A model generated the notes under the pieces. It worked only from the letters and a program-made list of their open reading frames with translations, ran no database searches and was not told the DNA's origin. Made by a program: the position numbers and the translations under genes. Positions 18,162 to 27,261 of a stretch of 41,629 nt of DNA are shown here, piece by piece. The first letter of the stretch is position 1, and each line of letters opens with the position of its first letter. Source of the DNA: Bacteroidota bacterium. Its GTDB lineage: Bacteria > Bacteroidota > Ignavibacteria > UBA10030. Where the stretch lies: NCBI GenBank assembly GCA_050008835.1, contig JBEKLV010000002.1:1-41629 (forward strand), given 5' to 3'.

Positions 18162-18481
18162 AGCAGATAGAAAAAACACAATCTGCAATTCAAGCATGGA
18201 GCGAACACGCAATTGAGTCTGGTAATGCTCAATGCAACCATGATTGTCGTATCACATGCAAAATGTTAACCGAGGCAATGCGAAAAGAAGCAGAGATGAT
18301 CCAATTCTATGAAACAATTATGACGGAATGCGATTATCCGGCTGTCAATTCTTTTGTACGAGAACTTTTAGAAGAAAAGAGTCGCATTGTACTACACATT
18401 AATCAAAAACTGAATGAAATCCGCGCCTGCGGTCAGGTAAGCAATGGCGTCATCTCTGAATGCAATCCTGAATTCTTGTAA
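18158..18481 (+). CDS. Small helical hypothetical protein, translationally coupled to korC
   Basis: ATGA start/stop overlap with korC. The 107-aa product is predicted helical and contains Cys residues (CNHDCRITC). I recognise no family. Confidence 0.4.
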   Translation: MKQIEKTQSAIQAWSEHAIESGNAQCNHDCRITCKMLTEAMRKEAEMIQFYETIMTECDYPAVNSFVRELLEEKSRIVLHINQKLNEIRACGQVSNGVISECNPEFL

Positions 18482-18720
18482 GACTGCCAAAACAAAGAAC
18501 GATTTTTTGTTTAGAAGCATTATTCCCATGGATATTGAACGGAGGTTCTGCTATGAATACCAAAGAACTTCAACGTGTCAACCACCAATATTATTACCCT
18601 TGTTTTCATTCGCATTACTATTATAAAATAGAATAATAACAGATTGATAATGCATCTTGCACTTCACGTAATCATTTTCTAAGGTACGGCAAGAAATATA
18701 TCAGAGGAAGGATTATCGGC

Positions 18721-19860
18721 ATGAACATCGGCATACTTAAAGAAATAGCTCCATCAGAACGGCGCGTAGCACTGACGCCGGGCGGCGTGCAAACATTAGT
18801 GAGCTTAGGTGCTGTTGTATATGTAGAACGGAATGCTGGAGCACTTAGTTTCTTTACGGACGACGAATATAGCAATTCAGGAGCCGTCATTGTGTACAGT
18901 CCTGAAGAAGTTATCAATCGTTCAGATATAATTTTGAAAGTTGCACCGCCAGCTGATTCGGAACTTAAACTCTTGCACGAAGGACAAACCTTTTTTTCAG
19001 CATTACATCTTGCAATCTCCAAACGTAAAATAATAGAGACATTTCTCGAAAAAAAAATTACTGCAATCGGATATGAGTTAATAGAAAATGAACGTGGTGA
19101 ATTACCTATAGTTCAAACCATGGCAGAAATTGCCGGGCAAATTTCGATTCAAGTAGCAGCGCACTATTTGCAGGCCCGCCAAGGCGGGCGTGGTGTACTA
19201 TTAGGAAGCGTTCCCGGAGTACCTGCCGCTGACGTGCTCATTCTTGGCGCTGGAACTGTGGGACGCACCGCTGCGCGTGTAGCACTTGGACTTGGAGCAA
19301 AAGTGATGATTATTGACAAGAATATCAGCCGCCTACGCGAAGTGGAGAATTTATTCCAATGGAGAATTGCCACTGCCGTTTCTGATCAATATAATATTGA
19401 GTGTGCAGTGCGAGAAGCTGACGCGCTTATTGGAGCTGTTCTGTTAAAGGGAGAAAAAACGCCGCATTTAGTTTCTGAAGATTTAGTGAAACAGATGAAA
19501 CCTGGTTCTGTTATCGTTGATATTTCCATTGATCAAGGCGGCTGTGTTGAAACGAGCCGCCCAACGACAATAATCGATCCTGTTTATATTACACATGGCA
19601 TAGTGCATTATTGTGTTCCAAATACACCAGCATTGGTCCCGCGTACTGCAACTGTTGGATGGACAAATGTTCTTCTTCCATTCTTGAGAGAAGCGACTGA
19701 ACTCGGAATGGAACGAGTGCTCCGCGCGGATGTTGGACTTTCTAAAGGAGTGTGTACATTCCGCGGATGCTGTACGAATAACGCCTCCGCCAAAGCATTC
19801 GATTTAAAAGCAGAAGACATTCAAACATTTCTCAACTCTCCAGTACATAAAGCTCGATAG
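18721..19860 (+). CDS. ald: Alanine dehydrogenase
   Basis: N-terminal GILKEIAPSERRVALTPGGV, plus GGRGVLLGSVPGVPAADVLILGAGTVG. The length is about 379 aa. Confidence 0.8.
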   Translation: MNIGILKEIAPSERRVALTPGGVQTLVSLGAVVYVERNAGALSFFTDDEYSNSGAVIVYSPEEVINRSDIILKVAPPADSELKLLHEGQTFFSALHLAISKRKIIETFLEKKITAIGYELIENERGELPIVQTMAEIAGQISIQVAAHYLQARQGGRGVLLGSVPGVPAADVLILGAGTVGRTAARVALGLGAKVMIIDKNISRLREVENLFQWRIATAVSDQYNIECAVREADALIGAVLLKGEKTPHLVSEDLVKQMKPGSVIVDISIDQGGCVETSRPTTIIDPVYITHGIVHYCVPNTPALVPRTATVGWTNVLLPFLREATELGMERVLRADVGLSKGVCTFRGCCTNNASAKAFDLKAEDIQTFLNSPVHKAR

Positions 19861-19862
19861 GA

Positions 19863-21161
19863 ATGACGATGAATTGGCTCGATCAATACAAGTCGAAAGT
19901 TGTGACTGTTGAGGAAGCAGTCAAGGTTGTTAAATCGAATGACCGGATTTTTCTCAGCGGGAACGCTGCAACACCACTTTTGTTAACGAACGCTCTAGCA
20001 AATCGTGCCCTGGAACTTTCTAATGTGGAAGTCAATCACATTTTGTTGTTTGGGGGTGACCCGCTTTCCAAGCCCGGCATGGCTCAACATTTCCGACACA
20101 ACTCGATGTTTGTTGGACCCGGCGATCGGCAATCTATCGCTGATGGAATTTCTGATTATGTACCGATTCATCTTTCGCAGATCCCGTCATTATTTTGTGA
20201 CGAATACATACCTCTCGATGTTGCGTTAATTCATGTTTCACCGCCTGATGCACACGGTTTTATGAGCTTTGGTGTTGAATGCGCTGCATCGAAAGCGGCA
20301 GCTGAAAATGCAAAGATAGTTATTGCACAAGTGAATGAACGCATGCCGCGCACGCTGGGTGATGTTTTTATTCATGTATCTCGAGTTCATAAAATTGTTG
20401 AATGTTCAATACCGATTTTGGAACTTCAGCCAACAACGGCTTCAGATATTGAAGCAAAGATTGCAGACTTCATAACTCCAATTATTGAAGACGGTGCAAC
20501 GCTCCAATTAGGAATTGGCGGCATACCAGATGCAGTACTGGCACGCATCGAAGGCAAACAGCATTTAGGCATTCACACGGAAATGATTTCCGACGGCGTA
20601 GTGGAAGCAATTGAAAAAGGTATTATCACTAGTCAGAAGAAAACGCTTCATCCCGGCAAAGTAGTAGCAACATTTGTGATGGGTACTCAAAAGTTATACG
20701 ATTATGTTCACAATAATCCACTCTTCGAACTGCACCCTTGTGACTATACTAACAATCCATTTATAATCGCGCAGAACGAAAAAATGGTTGCAATAAATTC
20801 CTGCATCGAGGTGGATATTACTGGGCAAATCTGTGCTGATTCCATCGGTACAAAAATTTACAGCGGTTTTGGCGGTCAAGTGGATTTCGTCCGCGGAGCG
20901 GCGCATTCCAAAGACGGCAAACCGATTATTGCGCTACCTTCTACCACTAAGAAAGGAACAGTTTCCCGAATTGTCCCTCAACTCAAACAAGGAGCCGGTG
21001 TAGTTACATCACGGGCAGATGTACATTATGTCGTAACAGAATACGGGGTTGCCTCACTCCATGGAAAGAATCTTCACAAGCGAGCGGAAGCTCTCATTGC
21101 AATAGCTCACCCATCATTTCGTCAGATGCTTGAAGAATATGTGCAAAATCCTAAGCATTAG
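19863..21161 (+). CDS. Acetyl-CoA hydrolase/transferase family protein (4-hydroxybutyrate or succinyl-CoA:acetate CoA-transferase type)
   Basis: The 432-aa product has N-terminal ...AVKVVKSNDRIFLSGNAATP, plus GIGGIPDAV, EMISDG and GFGGQVDF motifs typical of the family. Confidence 0.8.
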   Translation: MTMNWLDQYKSKVVTVEEAVKVVKSNDRIFLSGNAATPLLLTNALANRALELSNVEVNHILLFGGDPLSKPGMAQHFRHNSMFVGPGDRQSIADGISDYVPIHLSQIPSLFCDEYIPLDVALIHVSPPDAHGFMSFGVECAASKAAAENAKIVIAQVNERMPRTLGDVFIHVSRVHKIVECSIPILELQPTTASDIEAKIADFITPIIEDGATLQLGIGGIPDAVLARIEGKQHLGIHTEMISDGVVEAIEKGIITSQKKTLHPGKVVATFVMGTQKLYDYVHNNPLFELHPCDYTNNPFIIAQNEKMVAINSCIEVDITGQICADSIGTKIYSGFGGQVDFVRGAAHSKDGKPIIALPSTTKKGTVSRIVPQLKQGAGVVTSRADVHYVVTEYGVASLHGKNLHKRAEALIAIAHPSFRQMLEEYVQNPKH

Positions 21162-21371
21162 ATATCTATTTGTTTGGCTCAAAGGCACAATCATCGAAAC
21201 TGAAATAATAGACAAACATTTATCGGAATTGGAAGCATTAACGTATAAGAAGCAAGAAGAAAGTAACGTGATGATCATCGTAGATTCTGAAGAGAATTCA
21301 AAATGAAATATCACCAATAAGCAATTATAAAAATCTTCTTATCATCGTGCATTGAATAGAGAGCGAAATAT

Positions 21372-22871
21372 ATGAAGCGCATTTTCCCGCCAGCATTTTA
21401 TAATTTGCGGACACTGATCGGAGCGGCCATTGCATCGGTGAGCTTCGGACTTGTGCTCTTCTTGACTGTCCTTGATCTGTTTGAAGGAGAGCAGAAACCC
21501 TACATAGGCATTCTTACATATATTATTCTTCCGATATTCATGCTCTTTGGACTTATGCTTGTGTTCTATGGTATTTGGCGTGAGCACAGACGTGAGAAAC
21601 AAGGACTGCCACAAGATCTCAAATTACCACGTATTGATTTGAATGATCCAAAGCAACGGAATGCATTCTTTTGGTTTTCACTTGGTGCATTGCTGCTCTT
21701 ACTCTTCTCAGCCTTCGGCAGTTTCAAAGCTTACGAGTATACCGATTCCGATGAATTCTGTGGAACTATGTGTCATAAAGTTATGGAGCCGGAATATACG
21801 GCTTATAACAGTTCACCACATGCGCATGTCGGTTGTGCAAAATGCCACATTGGTCCCGGCGCTGGATGGTTTGTACGCTCTAAGCTTTCAGGTGCATATC
21901 AGGTGTATTCCACTATCTTCAATAAATATTCACGCCCTATTGCTACGCCGATCGAGAATCTTCGCCCAGCGCAAGAAACATGCGAGCAATGTCATTGGCC
22001 GAAGCATTTCTTTAGCGAGATGCGTGTATCAAAATTGTATTTTCTTTCTGATGAGGCAAATACGCGATGGAATTTGGTTCTACTTATCAAAGTTGGGGGG
22101 GGAAACGAAGAAACCGGACTTTCGGGAGGTATTCATTGGAACATGAATATTGCAAATGCAATTACGTACACACCGGCAGATAGACAGCGGCAGATCATTC
22201 CATGGATTAAAGTAAAAAGTAAAAAGGATGGAACTGAGCATATCTATTGCAACCTTGAAAATCCTATCACCGAAGATTCGTTAGCGTTGTTAGAAAAACG
22301 TACGATGGATTGCATCGATTGTCATAATCGTCCCTCGCACATCTATCATCCCCCGGTACCGACGGTAGATCATATTATATCGGCTGGATTGATAGATTCA
22401 AAGTTACCATACGCGAAAAGCATTGCTGTCAAAGCACTTGATCAAACATATTCTTCATCAGATATCGCACGGGATAGTATCCGGCTTGTAATTGAAGAAT
22501 ATTACAAAACTAGTTATCCGCAAATTGCTTCAGAAAAAAACGCGGCAATTAGTCAGATAGTTTCAACAGTCCAAAAATTTTATGCACGAAATTATTTTCC
22601 GACAATGGCTGTCACATGGCGACATTTTCCAAATAATATTGGCCACCTTTTTTATAAAGGTTGTTTCCGATGCCATGATAATAAACATATTAGAGAGGAT
22701 GGAAAAGTCCTAACGAACGAATGTTCTGTTTGTCATACAATTCTTGCTCAGAGTTTTGGAAAAGAAAAAAACAGTGTTTCGCTGGATGGTGTCCCATACC
22801 AACATCCTGTGGACATTGGAGATTCATGGAAGGAAATGAATTGTAGTGATTGCCATACTGCAGAAGAGTAG
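21372..22871 (+). CDS. Membrane-anchored heptaheme c-type cytochrome with a NapC/NirT-like quinol dehydrogenase module
   Basis: Three N-terminal hydrophobic segments and seven CXXCH motifs (CGTMCH, CAKCH, CEQCH, CIDCH, CFRCH, CSVCH, CSDCH). EFCGTMCHKVMEPEYTAYNSSPHAHVGCAKCHIGPG resembles the NapC/NirT/NrfH N-terminus. Confidence 0.8.
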   Translation: MKRIFPPAFYNLRTLIGAAIASVSFGLVLFLTVLDLFEGEQKPYIGILTYIILPIFMLFGLMLVFYGIWREHRREKQGLPQDLKLPRIDLNDPKQRNAFFWFSLGALLLLLFSAFGSFKAYEYTDSDEFCGTMCHKVMEPEYTAYNSSPHAHVGCAKCHIGPGAGWFVRSKLSGAYQVYSTIFNKYSRPIATPIENLRPAQETCEQCHWPKHFFSEMRVSKLYFLSDEANTRWNLVLLIKVGGGNEETGLSGGIHWNMNIANAITYTPADRQRQIIPWIKVKSKKDGTEHIYCNLENPITEDSLALLEKRTMDCIDCHNRPSHIYHPPVPTVDHIISAGLIDSKLPYAKSIAVKALDQTYSSSDIARDSIRLVIEEYYKTSYPQIASEKNAAISQIVSTVQKFYARNYFPTMAVTWRHFPNNIGHLFYKGCFRCHDNKHIREDGKVLTNECSVCHTILAQSFGKEKNSVSLDGVPYQHPVDIGDSWKEMNCSDCHTAEE

Positions 22872-23114
22872 TTAAAGTTGGTTTTATGAACGATAATAAT
22901 TAGGTAAGAATTACAACCCAAGAAAAATTATATGTATATTAGATTGTGGCAGCTTAATGGATTTTAGATTGATAATTTCAACAAGTGTCATTGCTGTATT
23001 GATAATATCATGATAATTGTATATGTCGGTTCTTAAACGTAGATAAAAACAACACTTTTCATGATAAGCTAAAAGCGTTATCAATTATTAACTCAATAAT
23101 AAGGAGCGTTTCAT

Positions 23115-23633
23115 ATGCAGAAGACGATTTCATTTCTTCTTGCGGCTTTGGTCCTGTTTTCATTTTCCACGCTTGCTCAAAATAAGTATGTTGGAGCTAA
23201 AATGTGTGGTATGTGCCATAAAGGTGAAAAGAAGGGTGCACAATTTGAAATTTGGCAAAAGAGTAACCACGCCGAAGCTTATAAAACTTTAACCGAAGCT
23301 AAAGCAGCCGAAATTACTAAGGCAAGGGGATTGAAAAAAGCGGCAAATGAATCACCTGAATGCCTCGAGTGCCATGCCATTACAGCTGATGCCAAGCTCA
23401 CTGTCGATGGAGTGCAATGTGAAACTTGCCACGGTGCGGGTTCAGCATACAAGGCTTTTTCCATTATGAAAGATAAAGCAAAAGCAATTACTGCGGGCTT
23501 AACGGAATTCAAAGATAAGGGAGCGATTGAAAAAAAATGCAAGACATGCCACAACGAGAAAAGTCCATCCTATAAGCCCTTTAAGTTTGATGAAATGTGG
23601 GTAAAGATTAAGCATCCAATTCCAAAAGGATAA
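23115..23633 (+). CDS. Periplasmic tetraheme c-type cytochrome (c554-like family)
   Basis: RBS AAGGAG and signal peptide ending FSTLAQ. Four CXXCH motifs (CGMCH, CLECH, CETCH, CKTCH) occur within 172 aa. Confidence 0.8.
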   Translation: MQKTISFLLAALVLFSFSTLAQNKYVGAKMCGMCHKGEKKGAQFEIWQKSNHAEAYKTLTEAKAAEITKARGLKKAANESPECLECHAITADAKLTVDGVQCETCHGAGSAYKAFSIMKDKAKAITAGLTEFKDKGAIEKKCKTCHNEKSPSYKPFKFDEMWVKIKHPIPKG

Positions 23634-23743
23634 TAATTATAATAAATTTTCTAGTTGTTTGAGCAGGCGTCTCGGCAATAATAAAATGAGACGCTCGATT
23701 ATTTGCGTTTAGCATTTTCGCAATCATATATAACAGACAACCA

Positions 23744-25042
23744 ATGAAATATTTAATGCAGCGCAGCATTTTGATAATTTTGGCGATGCTTATTTTTCTT
23801 TTCTGCAAAACATCGGCACAATTTCTCCAATTGCGACTTATTTCTTCCGCCTCTGCGTGGCAGCAACGAGATACTATAGGTCAATCATCCAACCACCTGT
23901 TCGGATACCAGACAGTACAACTCTCGCTAGCAGGTGAGCATCTCTCGTTTCATACATATCTGCAGGGATCTAACGATTTTGCTGGTCCGTTGAAGAACGA
24001 AAGTACAGTTCGATTCTATAATTTTTATTTGAATTATTTAAATCTATTTGAAACAATCGATTTCAGTCTCGGTCGTCAAGCGATCTTCGCAGGTGTCGGC
24101 AACGGCACAATCGATGGCGGTGTTGCTTCAATTCGATTGTTAGATTCAAGGTTAAAAGTGCTCGGCTATTATGGAGCTTTGCCATCTACTGGACAAAAGT
24201 TTGAAATGATTGGTGATCAAAAAGATAATAATATGTTTGGTGCTCAAATTATTAGTACACCGTCAGATTTTGCCCGTGTATCATTGAGCTATATGCAGAA
24301 AAACATCAAACCGGAAACATACTGGGCGCTCAGAAAAGACTCCCTTTTCAATCCCGTTATAACAGAGATCTCTCCAAGTGCGATGGCAGAACAATACGTA
24401 AGCGGCGATGTAAGCATTGACTACAACATAATCTCTGCATATGCGAGAAGTGATTTCGATTTAAATCAAGAAAATATTTCGCGCATTCAATTCTTCACAC
24501 GGGTGAAGCTAACAGAACCGCTTTCACTGACAGGTGAATATATCCATCGCGAACCGCGTCTCTTATATAATTCTATTTTCTGGGTGTTTGCTTACAATAC
24601 AATCAGTGAATACGAACTGGGCGCAGAATATGCTATCTGCAAAGACTGGCAAGTATTTGGGAAGTTCGGTTCCATTTCATACGGTGATGATAATTCCGAT
24701 CAAGTGACACTTGGTTACAATATAAAGTACGCCTCGGCAAGTTTTAGCTGGAACACCGGTTATGGCGGAGAATTAGCAGCGTTTTCTGTAAATGCTGGTT
24801 ATCCCCTTTTCGATTATAAACTTACACCAACTATTACAGTTGGATATGCACATTACAAGTTGAATAGCAATGCGCCAATATCAGATGCTTTAAGCAGTGC
24901 GATTGGAGCTGTGTACCGACCAATTCCGGTACTTTCGTTAGATGCACAGGTTCAGTGGATTCAAAATAAAATTTATAGTGACGATGTACGCCTCTTTTTA
25001 CGAGGCAGTTACTATTTAGGCGAACATTTGACATTTTTTTAA
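23744..25042 (+). CDS. Outer-membrane beta-barrel (porin-like) protein embedded in the cytochrome cluster
   Basis: Signal peptide ending CKTSAQ. Amphipathic alternating strands rich in Y/G/S/N run throughout. The terminal ...GEHLTFF has an aromatic beta-signal. There are no CXXCH motifs. Confidence 0.6.
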   Translation: MKYLMQRSILIILAMLIFLFCKTSAQFLQLRLISSASAWQQRDTIGQSSNHLFGYQTVQLSLAGEHLSFHTYLQGSNDFAGPLKNESTVRFYNFYLNYLNLFETIDFSLGRQAIFAGVGNGTIDGGVASIRLLDSRLKVLGYYGALPSTGQKFEMIGDQKDNNMFGAQIISTPSDFARVSLSYMQKNIKPETYWALRKDSLFNPVITEISPSAMAEQYVSGDVSIDYNIISAYARSDFDLNQENISRIQFFTRVKLTEPLSLTGEYIHREPRLLYNSIFWVFAYNTISEYELGAEYAICKDWQVFGKFGSISYGDDNSDQVTLGYNIKYASASFSWNTGYGGELAAFSVNAGYPLFDYKLTPTITVGYAHYKLNSNAPISDALSSAIGAVYRPIPVLSLDAQVQWIQNKIYSDDVRLFLRGSYYLGEHLTFF

Positions 25043-25049
25043 GATTACC

Positions 25050-26288
25050 ATGCAAACAAATCGAAAGAACACATCAATTATTCTGAAGCATGGATTTCTT
25101 TTCATAAGTTTGATGCTGACATTGCTTCTTACCTTCACCGGTGCAGTGGTACTACGTGAACAAATCGTCAGTGATAAGCAGCCGAAGCGTGTAAAATTTT
25201 CTCATCAATTTCATGTCACCGAAGCCGGCATCGCCTGTATAGATTGCCATACAGATGTAGCAAAGAGCACCAAAGCATCCGACAATCTTCTTGCGAAGAT
25301 GGAAGCTTGCAAGAGCTGCCACGAAGAACCGTTGAAAAGCAATTGCACCTATTGCCATCTGAATTCGGATTCTACGAAATATACAGCGACACCAAATCCT
25401 ATTCGCGAACTGATGTTTTCACATCAACAGCATGTGGAAGATCAAAAAGTAACATGCGAAACATGTCACACTATTCTCGATAAAGCTGATGCTGCAACCG
25501 GAGAACTTGTACCTGCAATGGCAACATGCAACTCTTGCCACAACGATACGAAAGCAACAACTGCATGTGAAAAGTGCCATACCGATTTTGCATCGCTGCG
25601 TCCTATAGAGCACAATCGTACAAATTTTATCCATGAACATAAACGATTAGCACGACTCGGTGATGCCAAGTGCGGCGTTTGCCACTCGCAAGAAACTTGC
25701 ATCGATTGTCACAACGGATCGGAATTAATAAAAGTAGATGTGCTGGGACGTGATCTTACATCACAACGATCGCCACGTCTCACAGCAATCGATCGAGGAC
25801 AAGAAATGTGTTTGACAAAAATACACGATTTAAATTTCCGCTTTACACATGGTATTGCCGCAAAAGGCAAATCGATGGAATGTCAAACGTGCCACAATTC
25901 AGAAAAATATTGCTCAACATGTCATGAAGCTGGAGGCAATATAAATCAAGGTGCGTTCAAGCCGGCATCGCATGCTGTAGCCGGATTTACAACACTAGGG
26001 GTTGGAAGCAGTGGCGGCGAACATGCACGCTTGGCAAGACGTGATATTGAGTCGTGTGCAGCCTGCCACGGTGCAGAGGGTGCCGATCCAGTGTGTATCA
26101 CTTGCCATGTCGATCCCGATGGAATAAAAGGTAATGATCCGAAAACGCATGACCCCGGCTTTATGTCCAATACGCACGGGCCCTGGCATTTTGATCCCGG
26201 CGCCAATTGCTATATGTGCCACACAGATGTCAACGCACATCCGGGCGGAGTTAAAGGACAAAAATTCTGCGGTTATTGCCACCGATAA
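25050..26288 (+). CDS. 14-heme c-type cytochrome
   Basis: Fourteen CXXCH motifs were counted in 412 aa, with a single N-terminal hydrophobic segment. The start codon is 7 nt after the porin stop codon. Confidence 0.85.
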   Translation: MQTNRKNTSIILKHGFLFISLMLTLLLTFTGAVVLREQIVSDKQPKRVKFSHQFHVTEAGIACIDCHTDVAKSTKASDNLLAKMEACKSCHEEPLKSNCTYCHLNSDSTKYTATPNPIRELMFSHQQHVEDQKVTCETCHTILDKADAATGELVPAMATCNSCHNDTKATTACEKCHTDFASLRPIEHNRTNFIHEHKRLARLGDAKCGVCHSQETCIDCHNGSELIKVDVLGRDLTSQRSPRLTAIDRGQEMCLTKIHDLNFRFTHGIAAKGKSMECQTCHNSEKYCSTCHEAGGNINQGAFKPASHAVAGFTTLGVGSSGGEHARLARRDIESCAACHGAEGADPVCITCHVDPDGIKGNDPKTHDPGFMSNTHGPWHFDPGANCYMCHTDVNAHPGGVKGQKFCGYCHR

Positions 26289-26303
26289 TGGGATGGCTTG
26301 ATT

Positions 26304-27164
26304 ATGAAGAAGCAGCGTATCATTCTAATTTTGATGCTATTGATAATATCAGCGCTTCTAATTTCATGCAGTGATTTGAAAAATAGTCTACCGACAGCAA
26401 TAAGTGCTGAAGTACAGATTCATGGACAAGGATGGATCGATACCGGTTCTGTAAATTTCCATGGCAAGTATATTCAAAACATTAATTACAATCTTACTAT
26501 TTGCAAGCAGTGTCATGGAAGCAATTATGAGGGTGGCACATCAAACAGTTCATGCCGGCCATGTCATTCAGGACCCGGTGGACCAGAAAATTGTGCTACG
26601 TGCCATGGCATACCTCCTGCACCGGATCGTTATGGAAATACTTCCTTTACTGCCCCAGGGGTTGGGGCACATAATATACATTATACAGGAACAGGAACAA
26701 TTTCCGCATTAGCGATGCATTGTGATGATTGCCATCATTTGCCCAACGGGGTTTCTGACACGACACATATCACCGCAACGGGAATTGCACAAGTACAGAT
26801 AAGTAACTTAGGCGCGCTGCAAACAAATGGAGCTGTTCCATCAACTTCGTTTAGCCAATTAACTTTAAAATGCACCAATACATTTTGTCATGGTAATTGG
26901 ACATTACCGAAATCTGGATTGGCAAGCGATTCGGTCTTTTCAGGTACGGTGATGACAGGCGTTTTAGCAAATGCCCCAGTCTGGAACGGCGGATCTAGTC
27001 AAGCTGTTTGCGGTTCATGTCATGGTTTACCACCAGCAGGCCATTATTCCTATTCACAAAGTTGTACCGCGTGTCATGAAGATGTTACAACGGCTTCTGG
27101 AAAACTAAAGCATATGAATGGAAAAATCGACCTTGCTGGTGGAGTGGTGCGAAACTTCCGATAA
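26304..27164 (+). CDS. Lipoprotein multiheme cytochrome (6 CXXCH plus 1 CX4CH)
   Basis: Lipobox LISC. CXXCH motifs: CKQCH, CRPCH, CATCH, CDDCH, CGSCH, CTACH. CTNTFCH lies at nt 26871-26891. CHG-x-PP spacing recalls the Geobacter CxxxxCH...CXXCH domain. Confidence 0.8.
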   Translation: MKKQRIILILMLLIISALLISCSDLKNSLPTAISAEVQIHGQGWIDTGSVNFHGKYIQNINYNLTICKQCHGSNYEGGTSNSSCRPCHSGPGGPENCATCHGIPPAPDRYGNTSFTAPGVGAHNIHYTGTGTISALAMHCDDCHHLPNGVSDTTHITATGIAQVQISNLGALQTNGAVPSTSFSQLTLKCTNTFCHGNWTLPKSGLASDSVFSGTVMTGVLANAPVWNGGSSQAVCGSCHGLPPAGHYSYSQSCTACHEDVTTASGKLKHMNGKIDLAGGVVRNFR

Positions 27165-27261
27165 AAGTATTTTTTGAAGATAATATTATCTTAAAGAGTC
27201 TATTGAAATAGAATAGTATATATAAACAATTAAATTTTAACCTTTAATAAAAAGGTGCTAT

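Noticed and set aside
18444-18626. 60-aa plus-strand ORF after the small kor-coupled ORF
   Set aside because: It overlaps the end of the preceding ORF in another frame, has no RBS, and runs into AT-rich intergenic sequence.
21643-22146. 167-aa plus-strand ORF in an alternative frame of the heptaheme gene
   Set aside because: It overlaps the frame that carries seven CXXCH motifs and NapC-like sequence. The alternative frame has no recognisable features.
23666-23693. gcgtctc / gagacgc hairpin after the tetraheme gene as a terminator
   Set aside because: The stem is only 7 bp, the loop is 14 nt and there is no clean T tract. It is too weak to call and may at most dampen read-through into the porin gene.
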